Positions 1 to 9,904 of a stretch of 64,000 bases of DNA are shown here, piece after piece; positions within the stretch are counted from its first letter, which is position 1; each line of letters starts with the position of its first letter. The stretch comes from Bacillota bacterium. Its GTDB lineage: Bacteria; Bacillota; UBA994; UBA5500. Both the position numbers and the translations under genes were made by a program. The stretch lies in contig JBMNFA010000001.1 of NCBI GenBank assembly GCA_050949055.1, positions 543,338 through 607,337 on the forward strand, given 5' to 3'. The notes under the pieces are model-generated. The model made no database searches and was not told where the DNA came from. It saw nothing but the letters and a program-made list of their open reading frames with translations.

Positions 1-1131
1 AAGGAACTGCTACATCGGGCAGAGTTGGACAGCCAGCAGGGTGTGGGCGAGTTGAGCGATGCGGACTGGACGGCGTTGTACCAGCAGCTGGCCATGCTTC
101 AGCGGGTGGTGAACGAGGCTAGTTTCCAACCCAGCCTTAAAGGGAATCACTTCGCAGCTTTGCCGTTGACCCATCTGGAGGCGGAACTCTGGCCCAGCAG
201 TGTCAACTCGCTGGTGGACCGTCACTTCACCGCCAGAGGGGAGGCAGCCAGGCTGCAAAGGCAGCAGCAGAAGCTATCTCAGATAGTGAGGCAGCTGCTA
301 CAGAAGAACCACCGCAAGGAGGCCTATCAGGCGGAAGAACTGCGGCAGATGGAAGAGGATTTGAGTTTGCGCCGCTGGGGCGAGCTGTTGGTGGCCAGCC
401 TGCACCTGATCGAGCCGAAAGCAGAACGGGCACTGGTGGTGGATTATTACGATCCTGAGCTGCCGCAGGTGGAGATCCCGCTTAATCCTCAATATTCTGG
501 CACCCAAAACGCACAGCGCTATTTCCGCCGCTACGAACGGGCCAAGAATGGGATCCCCATCGTGGAAAAGAACTTGGCTAAAACCAGGTCCACCATCGGC
601 TATTTGGAGTCGCTGCTGGACAGCATCGAACGGGCTGAGCAGGCCGAGTTGTTGGCCGAGATAGAGCATGAAATGCAGCAGGAGGGGCTGTTGCCACCGG
701 CAGAGAAAAAGCGTACCACGGTGCCCAAAGCCGAGAGCGAGCCGCTACGCTTTGTTTCCCCGGATGGCGTGGAGATCCTGGTGGGACGGAATAACCTGCA
801 GAACGAGCGGCTGACCCGCAGGGCCGCCCCGGAAGATTGGTGGCTGCACACCAAGGACATTCCCGGCTCCCACGTGCTGGTGCGAGCTAGGGGGGCAGAG
901 ATGAGCCCGGCCACGCTGGAGATGGCAGCCGGCTTGGCCGCCTATTACAGTAAGGCGCGGCAATCCAGCAAGGTGCCGGTGGATTATACCCGGCGCAAGC
1001 ATGTGCGCAAGCCGCCTGGATCCCCGCCCGGCTTTGTGATCTATACAGGCCAGCAGACGGTGCTGATCGAACCGCGCTTGCCGGAAGTGGAAACCAGCGA
1101 TCGCAAGGGTGGCGGAAATATGACGGTTTAG
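1..1131 (+). CDS. rqcH: Rqc2/RqcH (NFACT, FbpA/PavA family) ribosome quality control protein, 5'-truncated by the window edge
   Basis: The frame is open from base 1. It carries family motifs NAQRYFRRY, VGRNNLQNE, WWLHTKDIPGSHV, AAYYSKAR and VDYT-VRKP. Confidence 0.9.
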   Translation, partial: KELLHRAELDSQQGVGELSDADWTALYQQLAMLQRVVNEASFQPSLKGNHFAALPLTHLEAELWPSSVNSLVDRHFTARGEAARLQRQQQKLSQIVRQLLQKNHRKEAYQAEELRQMEEDLSLRRWGELLVASLHLIEPKAERALVVDYYDPELPQVEIPLNPQYSGTQNAQRYFRRYERAKNGIPIVEKNLAKTRSTIGYLESLLDSIERAEQAELLAEIEHEMQQEGLLPPAEKKRTTVPKAESEPLRFVSPDGVEILVGRNNLQNERLTRRAAPEDWWLHTKDIPGSHVLVRARGAEMSPATLEMAAGLAAYYSKARQSSKVPVDYTRRKHVRKPPGSPPGFVIYTGQQTVLIEPRLPEVETSDRKGGGNMTV

Positions 1132-1249
1132 GCGATCTGTTTAAGGACTTTCAAGGCAAGGGGTATCGCTGTAGAGAGGCGGACACCGGGCCACCGGTGG
1201 GGAGTGAGTGAGGTCCACTGGTCAGAAACACTGGGCGCGTAAACAATAG

Positions 1250-1293
1250 GGCGTGTAGGGTTGTATTTCCTCGGCAATACAACCCTACACGCC
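1250..1293. terminator. 18-bp perfect hairpin between convergent rqcH and pyrD (probable bidirectional terminator, possibly REP-derived)
   Basis: GGCGTGTAGGGTTGTATT-tcctcggc-AATACAACCCTACACGCC. Confidence 0.65.
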
Positions 1294-1310
1294 TCGTCTC
1301 TTCTTGGCTG

Positions 1311-2225
1311 TTAGGTGCGGAGGGTGCCAATCAACTCCTGCACGCTGGCAACGCCTTCATTTAGGCAGAACTGCCGGATGCCGTCAATCACCCGCCAGGC
1401 GGTATCGGGATTGACCAGGTTGGCGGTGCCGATCTGCACAGCGCTGGCACCGCAGATGATGAACTCCAAAGCGTCTTCGGCGTTCATGATGCCACCCAGG
1501 CCGATTACAGGCACTTGCACCGCGCGGCTGACTTGCCAGACCATGCGTAGCGCCAAGGGCTTGATGGCCGGTCCGGAAAGCCCGCCGATGATGTTGCCCA
1601 AGATAGGGCGGCGGCGCCTGACATCCACCGCCATGCCGACAAAGGTGTTGATCAGGGAGATGGCGTCAGCTCCAGCATCCTCAACCACCCGCGCCATCTC
1701 GACGATGTCGGTGACGTTGGGCGAGAGTTTGACGATCAAGGGCAACCGGGTCAAAGGCTTGACGGCTCGCACCACCTCGGCCGCCAGCTTGGGATCGGTG
1801 CCAAAAGCCATCCCCCCGGCCTTCACGTTGGGGCAGGAGATGTTCAGCTCCAAAGCGACGATGCCCGGCTGCTGCAGCCGCTCGGTTAAGCGGCAGTATT
1901 CGTCCACAGTATTGCCGGACATGTTCACTATGGTGGTCACCTGGCGCTGCTGCAGCTGGGGCAAATAGCGCTGCAGGAAATACTCCACGCCGGGGTTCTC
2001 CAGACCGATGGAGTTAAGCATGCCGGAGGCCGTCTCCACCACCCGTTGTGGCGGATTCCCGGCCCGTGGCTCCAGTGTGGTGCCTTTCACCACCACGCCA
2101 CCCAGTTGACTCAAGTCTCCGTAGGGCATGAACTCAAGGCCGTAGCCGAAGGTGCCGGAAGCGGTGAGCACTGGGTTTTCTAGGTGCAACGCACCGATAC
2201 TAACGGAAAGATCTGGCGTTCTCAT
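1311..2225 (-). CDS. pyrD: Dihydroorotate dehydrogenase B, catalytic subunit
   Basis: Motifs [45 protein letters not shown]. Start MRTPDL overlaps the pyrK stop (ATGA). Confidence 0.95.
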   Translation of the reverse strand: MRTPDLSVSIGALHLENPVLTASGTFGYGLEFMPYGDLSQLGGVVVKGTTLEPRAGNPPQRVVETASGMLNSIGLENPGVEYFLQRYLPQLQQRQVTTIVNMSGNTVDEYCRLTERLQQPGIVALELNISCPNVKAGGMAFGTDPKLAAEVVRAVKPLTRLPLIVKLSPNVTDIVEMARVVEDAGADAISLINTFVGMAVDVRRRRPILGNIIGGLSGPAIKPLALRMVWQVSRAVQVPVIGLGGIMNAEDALEFIICGASAVQIGTANLVNPDTAWRVIDGIRQFCLNEGVASVQELIGTLRT

Positions 2226-2995
2226 ATGCGCAACACACCTCCCGGAAACACCGGACCATCGGTACAGACGTGGGCGAATCCGCCCTCCTTGGTGGCGCAG
2301 ACGCAGCCCAGGCAGGCGCCGATGCCACAAGCCATATACTCCTCCAAAGACAACTGGGCAGGACGTCTCACCTCGACAGCATAATCGTCCACCGCTTTCA
2401 ACATGGGACGAGGGCCGCAGGCGTAGAAGTGGCAGCTGTCTGGCAACGTTTGTTTAGTCAACAGGTCCAGCACCGTTCCGCATGAGCCACAACTGCCGTC
2501 GTCGGTGCTCAGTTCCACCTCTACACCCAGGTCGGCGAAATCCTGGGCGCGCACCAACTCACTGGCGGTGCGCGCGCCGTAGAGCAAGCGAACGCGAACA
2601 CCCTGCGCCAGCAGGGTTCTGGCCAAATAGAAGAGTGGCGCCACACCGATGCCCCCAGCCAGCAACCAGGCTTCCTCCCCTGGCGCTGGCAACGAAAACC
2701 CGTTGCCCAGCGGCCCCAACAGATTCAAGGCCGCGCCTGTCTGCGCCTGACTGAGCAGGCGGGTGGACTCTCCCACCACCCGGTAGAGCAGGTCCAGATA
2801 ACCCTGCCCCGGATCCAGATCATGTACCGAAAGGGGGGTGCGGAGCAGCGGCTGTATCCCGGCGCATACTTTCACCTGCACAAATTGCCCGGGAGCAGCC
2901 TGTTTGCAGAGGCCGGGAGCGAGAACCCGTAGGTGGAAGCACTCCCCGCCTAACGATTGATTAAAGACCACCTGTCCCTCAGTGATTACCGACAT
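2222..2995 (-). CDS. pyrK: Dihydroorotate dehydrogenase electron transfer subunit
   Basis: Motifs [26 protein letters not shown] and the 2Fe-2S motif [11 protein letters not shown]...CTDGPVF. Confidence 0.93.
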   Translation of the reverse strand: MSVITEGQVVFNQSLGGECFHLRVLAPGLCKQAAPGQFVQVKVCAGIQPLLRTPLSVHDLDPGQGYLDLLYRVVGESTRLLSQAQTGAALNLLGPLGNGFSLPAPGEEAWLLAGGIGVAPLFYLARTLLAQGVRVRLLYGARTASELVRAQDFADLGVEVELSTDDGSCGSCGTVLDLLTKQTLPDSCHFYACGPRPMLKAVDDYAVEVRRPAQLSLEEYMACGIGACLGCVCATKEGGFAHVCTDGPVFPGGVLRI

Positions 2996-4286
2996 GGCTA
3001 GCCCTCCGATCCATAACAATCTCGCCTGCCACCATGGTCAAGAGCGGCCGGCCGACCAGTTCTTTGTCCAAGAAGGGGGTATTCTTCCCCTGGGAGATCA
3101 GGTCTTGCTCCTGCAGTCTGAACCGACAATCGAGGTCCAACACCACCAAATCAGCCGGGCAACCCACCTGCAAGCGTCCGCTGGACAAACCCAGGATTTC
3201 CGCCGGGCGAATGGTCATCGCCCGCAACAGGTCGATCAAGGACATGGCCCCGCTTTGCACCATCTGCTGATAGCAGACCGCAAAGGCGCTTTCCAACCCG
3301 CTGAAACCGAAGGCCGCCTGGGAAAGGGGCAGCTCCTTCTCCTCCTGCGCATGAGGGGCGTGGTCCGTGGCCACCACGTCGATGGCACCATCGGCCAAGC
3401 CACGACAGACCGCCTGGCGGTCGGCTTCACTGCGCAGGGGAGGGTTGACTTTGGCTTGCCCGAGCAGCGACGGCACCAGCCCGTCGGTCAGCACCAAGTG
3501 ATGCGGTGTTACTTCGGCAGTTACCTGCAGGCCTGCCTGCTTGGCTCGCCTGACCAAGGCCACACTCTCGGAACAGCTGACGTGGGCCACGTGCAGGCGC
3601 GCGTCCGCCAGTTCAGCCAGGTAGATGTCCCGGGCCACCATAGCGTATTCAGCCACGCCAGGAATGCCTGGATCGCCCAACAGCGTGCTCACTGGGCCGG
3701 CGTTGATATTCCCGCCGGCAGCCAAGTCGTGGTCTTCCTCATGCACGATGATCGGAACATCCAACTCCCGCCCGGCTCGCAGCGCCTGCAGCAGCAGCCG
3801 GCTGCTCATCACACCCTTGCCGTCATCGGAGAAGGCGACGGCGCCCGCCGCTTGCAGCCCGGTGAAATCCGCCGGCTGTTGTCCCCGCGAGCCGAGGGAA
3901 ATGGCGGCAATCGGCAGCACCTTGACGACGGCGCTACGCTCGATCCGCCGCCGCAGCTCCTGCAGCAATGGAACCGAATCCAGCACCGGGTTGGTGTTGG
4001 GCATGGTGCAGATGGTGGTGAACCCGCCGGCGGCAGCCGCACGGGTGCCGCTAGCGATGGTCTCTTTATGCTCCAAGCCGGGCTCGCGCAAATGGACATG
4101 CATATCGATCAGCCCAGGGGCCAACAGCAGCCCCTGCAGGTCAATCTCCGTCACGCCGTCTGCCTGCGTAAGCCCCTCCCCGATAGCTACGATGGTGCCA
4201 TCCTGCACCAGCAGGCCGCCGGGTAGGATCCGGCGTTTGCCTACATCGGCCAATAGGGCGTTACGAAATAGCGTCTTCCGAGGCAC
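2979..4286 (-). CDS. pyrC: Dihydroorotase (type I)
   Basis: Motifs DMHVHLREPG, MPNTNP, FSDDG, EVTPHH, KVNPPLR, ATDHAPH; pyr context. Confidence 0.95.
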   Translation of the reverse strand: MPRKTLFRNALLADVGKRRILPGGLLVQDGTIVAIGEGLTQADGVTEIDLQGLLLAPGLIDMHVHLREPGLEHKETIASGTRAAAAGGFTTICTMPNTNPVLDSVPLLQELRRRIERSAVVKVLPIAAISLGSRGQQPADFTGLQAAGAVAFSDDGKGVMSSRLLLQALRAGRELDVPIIVHEEDHDLAAGGNINAGPVSTLLGDPGIPGVAEYAMVARDIYLAELADARLHVAHVSCSESVALVRRAKQAGLQVTAEVTPHHLVLTDGLVPSLLGQAKVNPPLRSEADRQAVCRGLADGAIDVVATDHAPHAQEEKELPLSQAAFGFSGLESAFAVCYQQMVQSGAMSLIDLLRAMTIRPAEILGLSSGRLQVGCPADLVVLDLDCRFRLQEQDLISQGKNTPFLDKELVGRPLLTMVAGEIVMDRRASHVGNH

Positions 4287-4333
4287 CAGATACCCTCCTC
4301 CATTCTCTGTTTCGACAACGCTTTGAGCCTGTC

Positions 4334-4359
4334 AAAAGCGGGTGGCCTGGCCACCCGCT
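4334..4359 (-). terminator. Intrinsic terminator-like hairpin between uraA and pyrC
   Basis: 10-bp stem AGCGGGTGGC/GCCACCCGCT, followed by TTTT on the minus strand. Confidence 0.6.
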
Positions 4360-4366
4360 GCAGTCG

Positions 4367-5671
4367 TTATTTGGTTGGTGAAGTGGAGGCCAACTTGTTC
4401 TTCATCGCTTCACCCATGCGAGCTGGCAGCAGCTGATTGAGCAGCACACCCACAATTGCACCCAGGCCCATGCCCTTCAAGCTGAGAATTTCCAGTCCAC
4501 TGATGCCCAGGATGATGATGGTACTGACGATAATCAGGTTGCGGGTATCCCCCAAATCCACTTGCTTCTCCACCAGCGTGCGAATACCCACAGCGGCGAT
4601 CATACCGAACAGCAAAATGGTCACTCCGCCCATCACCGGTAGGGGAATGGTGGAGATTAACGCTCCGATCTTGGGGAACAGGCTGAAGATAAGCACCAAA
4701 ATAGCAGCAGCACGGACCACAATTGGGTTATACACCTTGGTGATGGCCAACACGCCGACGTTTTCCCCATAGGTGGTGTTGGGGGGGCCACCTAGCAAGG
4801 CGGCCAATGAAGTGGCGATACCGTCGCCCCAAAGGGTACGATGCAAGCCTGGTTCGTTGATGAAATCGCGGCCAGTGGTGCGGCTGATGGTCAGCACATC
4901 GCCCAGGTGCTCAATCATAGTCACCACTGCCACCGGAGCGACCATCATGATCGCGCCCAGATGCCAATTGGACGGATTGAGCAGGGTCTCTCCCGGATTG
5001 GTGAACAGGGTGCCCAGATAACCAGGAAGGGCTGGCATCCAGGAGGTCTGCTGCAGCACCGCGAACATGCTCTCTCCATTGCTGTTCACAAATAGACCAA
5101 GCTCTGGGAAGCGCCAGTTGATGATGAGAGCGAAAATGTAGCCAGAGATGATCCCGACCAGGATGGGGATGATTTTCAGCAGGCCTTTGCCATAGTAGCT
5201 GACACCGATGACCACCGCCAGGGTGAACAGAGCGGTGGGCAGATGTACCACAGAGTAATCACGGGCGACGCCGGCCAGTCCCAACCCGATGGTCATGATC
5301 ACCGGACCTACCACCACCGGTGGAAAGAACCGATCTATAAAACCGATGCCAACCTTGCGGATGATGGCGCCGATGACCACATAGACCAGACCGGCAGCAA
5401 ACGCACCGGCCAGCGCACCGGTGACGCCAAATTGCTCATTGGCCGCGATCAGTGGCGCGATGAAGGCGAAGGAGGAACCCAGATAGGCCGGGACCAACCC
5501 TTTGGTGATCACCTGGAATACCAGGGTACCCAAGCCAGAGGTGAAAAGAGCGGTGGAAGTGTCCAAACCGGTCAGCATGGGCACCAGGATGGTGGCACCG
5601 AACATGGCAAAGACATGCTGGATGCCTAAGGGCAGCAGTCGGGAGAAGGGCACTGGTTCATAACGTTTCAT
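4367..5671 (-). CDS. uraA: Uracil permease (NCS2/NAT family)
   Basis: Motifs QHVFAMFGATILVP, YLGSSFAFI, EHLGD, PNTTYGENVGV. Start taken at MKRYEP. Confidence 0.93.
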   Translation of the reverse strand: MKRYEPVPFSRLLPLGIQHVFAMFGATILVPMLTGLDTSTALFTSGLGTLVFQVITKGLVPAYLGSSFAFIAPLIAANEQFGVTGALAGAFAAGLVYVVIGAIIRKVGIGFIDRFFPPVVVGPVIMTIGLGLAGVARDYSVVHLPTALFTLAVVIGVSYYGKGLLKIIPILVGIISGYIFALIINWRFPELGLFVNSNGESMFAVLQQTSWMPALPGYLGTLFTNPGETLLNPSNWHLGAIMMVAPVAVVTMIEHLGDVLTISRTTGRDFINEPGLHRTLWGDGIATSLAALLGGPPNTTYGENVGVLAITKVYNPIVVRAAAILVLIFSLFPKIGALISTIPLPVMGGVTILLFGMIAAVGIRTLVEKQVDLGDTRNLIIVSTIIILGISGLEILSLKGMGLGAIVGVLLNQLLPARMGEAMKNKLASTSPTK

Positions 5672-5851
5672 GATGTTTATCCCCTTTCTACATAGGCGGT
5701 GTCTAGCGAGAACCTGCTTATGCGTCGTCACGTTACAGCCTATCTGCTCAGCCTATCTGATACCAGAAGTCGTGAGTGTTCCATGGTTTGAAACTTGACG
5801 CCCAAACAAGGCTGTGTACCGAAAACCTATCTTGCAGCCAGTGAACTCTAC

Positions 5852-6621
<770 letters not shown>

Positions 6622-6647
6622 CGCCTTCGGTGCCTTTCAGTACTCTC

Positions 6648-6687
6648 GACGGTTCTCCTGTCCAACGAGTTGGACAGGAGAACCGTC
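6648..6687. repeat. REP-like hairpin (GACGGTTCTCCTGTCCAA-cgag-TTGGACAGGAGAACCGTC)
   Basis: Perfect 18-bp inverted repeat with a 4-nt loop; same family as 9770-9833. Confidence 0.7.
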
Positions 6688-6709
6688 CCCAAGTCCAGAT
6701 GATCAAGCC

Positions 6710-6807
6710 AAAAAGGCCTTCCTGCCAGCGCAAGCTGCAGGAAGGCCCAATGAAGGCACGGTATTGCCACTTCCCTTGCTAGCCTCGCAGGACTAACTTA
6801 AAGGTTT
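6710..6807 (-). promoter_or_regulatory. PyrR-binding attenuator (binding loop, antiterminator, terminator)
   Basis: The minus strand reads CCTTTAAGTT-AGTCCTGCGAGGCT, matching the PyrR consensus ARUCCNGNGAGGYU. It is followed by the terminator GGCCTTCCTGC...GCAGGAAGGCC-TTTTT (6710-6747). Confidence 0.9.
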
Positions 6808-6813
6808 GAACTA

Positions 6814-6842
6814 AGGGTAGCAAAACACTGTTCAACTGTCAA
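6814..6842 (-). promoter_or_regulatory. SigA-type promoter of the pyr operon
   Basis: TTGACA-17 bp-TACCCT immediately upstream of the PyrR binding loop. Confidence 0.7.
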
Positions 6843-6935
6843 CGGCTTGTTCACAATTCATTGTGAACCAAAAGCCTTAGTTTCTCACCGGCTACTAAGT
6901 CAAATGATTTCACTATCCTATTGCCGCGGCATTTT

Positions 6936-7856
6936 CTAAAGCTTTTGTGTCTGACGCAACTGTCGCAGGACGGCAGCAAAGTCAGCAGGCAATGGTGCGT
7001 CAAACTGCAGAGCCTGCCCTGTGATGGGATGCTGGAAGCTCAGCCGCCAAGCGTGCAGCAATTGGCCTGATAGGCGAAACGGGGACTTCCGCGGTCCGTA
7101 GACCTGATCACCGACCACAGGGTGCCCCAGGTGCGCCAAGTGCACCCTAATTTGGTGGGTGCGTCCGGTTTCCAACCTCAGTTGCAGCAAGGTATATTGA
7201 TCCAAACGCTCCAATACCTGATAGTGGGTGACGGCTCGTCGTCCTCCCGGCACCACCGCCATCCGCTTGCGCCAGACCGGATGGCGAGCCAAAGGAGCGT
7301 CTACAGTCCCCTGATCGGCAGGAAAACCACCATGGGCTAACGCCTGGTACTCTCGCTTGATCAGCCTCTGCTTCATCTGCTCGGCCAATGCCAGATGGGC
7401 GCAATCATGCTTGGCTACCACCAGCAAACCGGTGGTATCCTTATCCAGGCGGTGCACAATGCCAGGTCGCAGCACACCGTTAATCCCGGAGAGGTCGCCC
7501 ACCTGATGCAGCAAAGCATTGACCAGGGTACCGCTGTAGTTGCCCTTGGCCGGATGGGTGACCATATGGCGCGGTTTGTTCACCACCACAATGTGCTCAT
7601 CCTGGAAGACGATCGGCACCTGCAGCTGTTCAGCGGCGATGGTCAACGGTTTGGGTTCCGGTACGGTCACCACCACACTATCCCCCGGCTGCAGGCGGGT
7701 GCTGTTCTTGCCCACCTGCCCGTTTACCAGCACCGCTTCTTCGGCAATCAGCTTCTGCACGTGAGACCTGGTCAAGTTGAGAGGCTGCAGAGCCACCCAA
7801 GCATCCAAACGCCGGCCGGCGTCCTGCTCATTCACTATCAGCTGATGAATGGGCAC
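6936..7856 (-). CDS. rluD: RluA/RluD family 23S rRNA pseudouridine synthase
   Basis: N-terminal S4-like domain, GIVHRLDKDTTG, LETGRTHQIRVH. Probable GTG start (VPIHQL) lies inside the lspA 3' end. Confidence 0.92.
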   Translation of the reverse strand: MPIHQLIVNEQDAGRRLDAWVALQPLNLTRSHVQKLIAEEAVLVNGQVGKNSTRLQPGDSVVVTVPEPKPLTIAAEQLQVPIVFQDEHIVVVNKPRHMVTHPAKGNYSGTLVNALLHQVGDLSGINGVLRPGIVHRLDKDTTGLLVVAKHDCAHLALAEQMKQRLIKREYQALAHGGFPADQGTVDAPLARHPVWRKRMAVVPGGRRAVTHYQVLERLDQYTLLQLRLETGRTHQIRVHLAHLGHPVVGDQVYGPRKSPFRLSGQLLHAWRLSFQHPITGQALQFDAPLPADFAAVLRQLRQTQKL

Positions 7857-8301
7857 CGTCTTGCACTCCCCGCTCCCAAGTCCAGATCCCAATACACAGC
7901 AGACCCACGCCCACCACCACGGCGCTGTCGGCAACGTTGAACACCGGCCAATAGGGTAGTTCCAGAAAGTCCACCACGTACCCCAAGAACAGGCGGTCGT
8001 AGAGATTGCCCAGTGCACCGCCCAATACCAAAGCGATCCCAATTTTGCCCCAGCGGCTGAGGGATTCAATGTGGCGTCTAAGGAAAAAAAGCGAACCGAT
8101 CAACCCGATGGTGACCAATGCCAGCAGCAAAGTCTGATTGCGCAATAGGCCAAAGGCGGCACCGGTGTTGCGTACATGAGTGAGCGACAACCAATTGCCC
8201 AAGAGGGGCTGCCGATGCCACAACGGAAACCGATCCACCACCAGAATCTTGCTCCAACGGTCCAAGACCCAAACGGTGGCGGTCAAGACTGCATATAACA
8301 T
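7828..8301 (-). CDS. lspA: Lipoprotein signal peptidase II
   Basis: Motifs DRWSK, NTGAAFG, GGALGNLYDR, VVDF, FNVAD. Confidence 0.95.
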   Translation of the reverse strand: MLYAVLTATVWVLDRWSKILVVDRFPLWHRQPLLGNWLSLTHVRNTGAAFGLLRNQTLLLALVTIGLIGSLFFLRRHIESLSRWGKIGIALVLGGALGNLYDRLFLGYVVDFLELPYWPVFNVADSAVVVGVGLLCIGIWTWERGVQDGAHSSADSE

Positions 8302-8328
8302 TAAATCCCTCCTGCAATCGCAGCCATA

Positions 8329-8566
8329 AGGTACAAGCTGATTGGTGCTTGCGCAACAATCACTTTATTGCCCGCAACATCTTGCAGATGTTGCTAGTAG
8401 GTACAAGCTGATTGGTGCTTGCGCAACAATCACTTTATTGCCCGCAACATCTTGCAGATGTTGCTAGTAGGTACAAGCTGATTGGTGCTTGCGCAACAAT
8501 CACTTTATTGCCCGCAACATCTTGCAGATGTTGCTAGTAGGTACAAGCTGATTGGTGCTTGCGCAA
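8329..8566. repeat. Perfect tandem repeat, 70-bp unit x 3.4
   Basis: Unit GTACAAGCTGATTGGTGCTTGCGCAACAATCACTTTATTGCCCGCAACATCTTGCAGATGTTGCTAGTAG starts at 8331, 8401 and 8471, with a partial copy at 8541. No mismatches. Confidence 0.97.
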
Positions 8567-8734
8567 GTCGCAAGGGTGCTGCTAGTGGCTGTCTTAGCAG
8601 GGTAATAATATCATTGAACTGCTACCAGGCTCAATGGGGCTGTTAAAACGCCCAACAACTGCTCAGGCTTCGCTGGACCAGACTGCACGCTCTCCAATCC
8701 TGGCGCAAAGGCGTTAGCCTGCGGATCTCGGTCT

Positions 8735-9391
8735 TCACCCCTCTTGGCGCGGGCGGGTGGAAAACCCCACCTGCCGGCCGGCCTCCGGATCGGGCAACTT
8801 GTCCTCCTCAAAGAAGATACCGATCTCCTCGTCGCTGTCAATGTAAGCGTCATCGTAGTTCTCAAGCTGGCGGAAGTCGCCGGGCGTGTTGGAAGTGCCG
8901 TAGCGAGCTACTGCTTGCCAGCTGTCCTCCCCATCGAAGCCGATACTGTCTTTAGGATCGTTATCCTTGAAGCTCTCCCGCAGCATTTGATTGACCAGCG
9001 ATTCTTCGATCGGACGGGGGCGGGTGGCATCTTCCTGGGCGCGCTGGCATTGCACACAGGATGTGGCGTAGGGCACAGCTTGCAGCCGTTCCTCCGGTAT
9101 GCCCCGGCCGCAAACTGTGCAGTAGCCAAAACTGCCGTCATCTATTCTGTCCAGCGCCGAGTCGACCGCCTGCAACAGATTGGCCTGGACCTCCCGCAAG
9201 GCAAGATCCTTGCCTCGTTCGAAGGTCTCGGTGGCTATGTCAGCCGGGTGGTTATCGTAGCTGGAAAGCTCCACGATGGAATCGCGCAGTTCCTGGCCCA
9301 GCCCTTGCTGCAAGTCAGCCAAGGAACGCTCAGTTGCCTGGCGCAGCTGCAAGAGACGCTGCCGGTAGGATTTCAATTGTTCTGGTTGCAT
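8735..9391 (-). CDS. yteA: YteA-family sporulation protein (TraR/DksA C4 zinc finger)
   Basis: ELSSYDNHPAD, YGYCTVCGRGI...LQAVPYATSCVQC, FDGEDSWQAVARYGTS. Confidence 0.85.
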   Translation of the reverse strand: MQPEQLKSYRQRLLQLRQATERSLADLQQGLGQELRDSIVELSSYDNHPADIATETFERGKDLALREVQANLLQAVDSALDRIDDGSFGYCTVCGRGIPEERLQAVPYATSCVQCQRAQEDATRPRPIEESLVNQMLRESFKDNDPKDSIGFDGEDSWQAVARYGTSNTPGDFRQLENYDDAYIDSDEEIGIFFEEDKLPDPEAGRQVGFSTRPRQEG

Positions 9392-9418
9392 ACCTGACCT
9401 CCTAGCAAGCTTTTTGCC

Positions 9419-9715
9419 CTATTTGGCCATCTGCTGCTGTACCAGTTTCACCAATTCGGCGATGAAGTCGCCGATCACCGGCAAATTGAGAATTGCCAAC
9501 CTGCTCAAGAGCAGCAGCAGAATACCTGCCAGTAGTGTGCCCCCGACGGCGATTCCCACTCCACGGGCCAGGCCGGCCAAGAAGTTGAGCCACATCAGGC
9601 GCCAAGGTCGATTGAACAGCTGGATGTATTCCGCCAGCCGCATCCGCTCCAGATAATACGCCAATTCTTCCACCTTGCCGTCCAGCTTCTTCAGCGCGCG
9701 GTTCTTGTTGACCAT
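9419..9715 (-). CDS. DUF5665-type small membrane protein
   Basis: LERMRLAEYIQLFNRPWRLMWLNFLAGLARGVGIAVG...NLPVIGDFIAELV. RBS GGAAGGTG precedes MVNKN. Confidence 0.75.
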   Translation of the reverse strand: MVNKNRALKKLDGKVEELAYYLERMRLAEYIQLFNRPWRLMWLNFLAGLARGVGIAVGGTLLAGILLLLLSRLAILNLPVIGDFIAELVKLVQQQMAK

Positions 9716-9769
9716 CAGGATCACCTTCCGTTCATATTTGGTCTTGCCAAAATCGCTTGTTGTCATCCC

Positions 9770-9833
9770 CCCGGACATGGGGACGGTTCTTCTGTCCGGC
9801 GCGCCGGACAGAAGAACCGTCCCCATGTCCGGG
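9770..9833. repeat. Perfect 64-bp palindrome (REP-like doublet)
   Basis: CCCGGACATGGGGACGGTTCTTCTGTCCGGCG is followed directly by its exact reverse complement. Confidence 0.95.
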
Positions 9834-9904
9834 TCAAGCTGCGGAAAGCAAACAGCGGGGCTGGGGATTAGCTCCCCGCCCCGCTGCAATATATGACAAA
9901 CCTC

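Noticed and set aside
2982-4226. Long antisense ORFs (e.g. 2982-4226, 1315-1968, 8744-9397, 24382-25140, 27156-28019, 33598-34401, 54245-54937, 63071-63832)
   Set aside because: They are shadows of well-supported genes on the opposite strand in GC-rich DNA, with no recognisable motifs.
5672-5851. Second PyrR attenuator between pyrR and uraA
   Set aside because: There is no ARUCCNGNGAGGYU match and no terminator, only a short AGATAGGCTG duplication.
8329-8566. CRISPR array
   Set aside because: The intervening sequences are identical, so there are no unique spacers, and no cas genes are in the window. It is a plain tandem repeat.
9716-9889. N-terminal extension of the DUF5665 ORF through the palindrome
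   Set aside because: A good RBS precedes the ATG at 9715, and the extension is just the translated palindrome, which gives the same peptide on both strands. It is retained only as a testable possibility.
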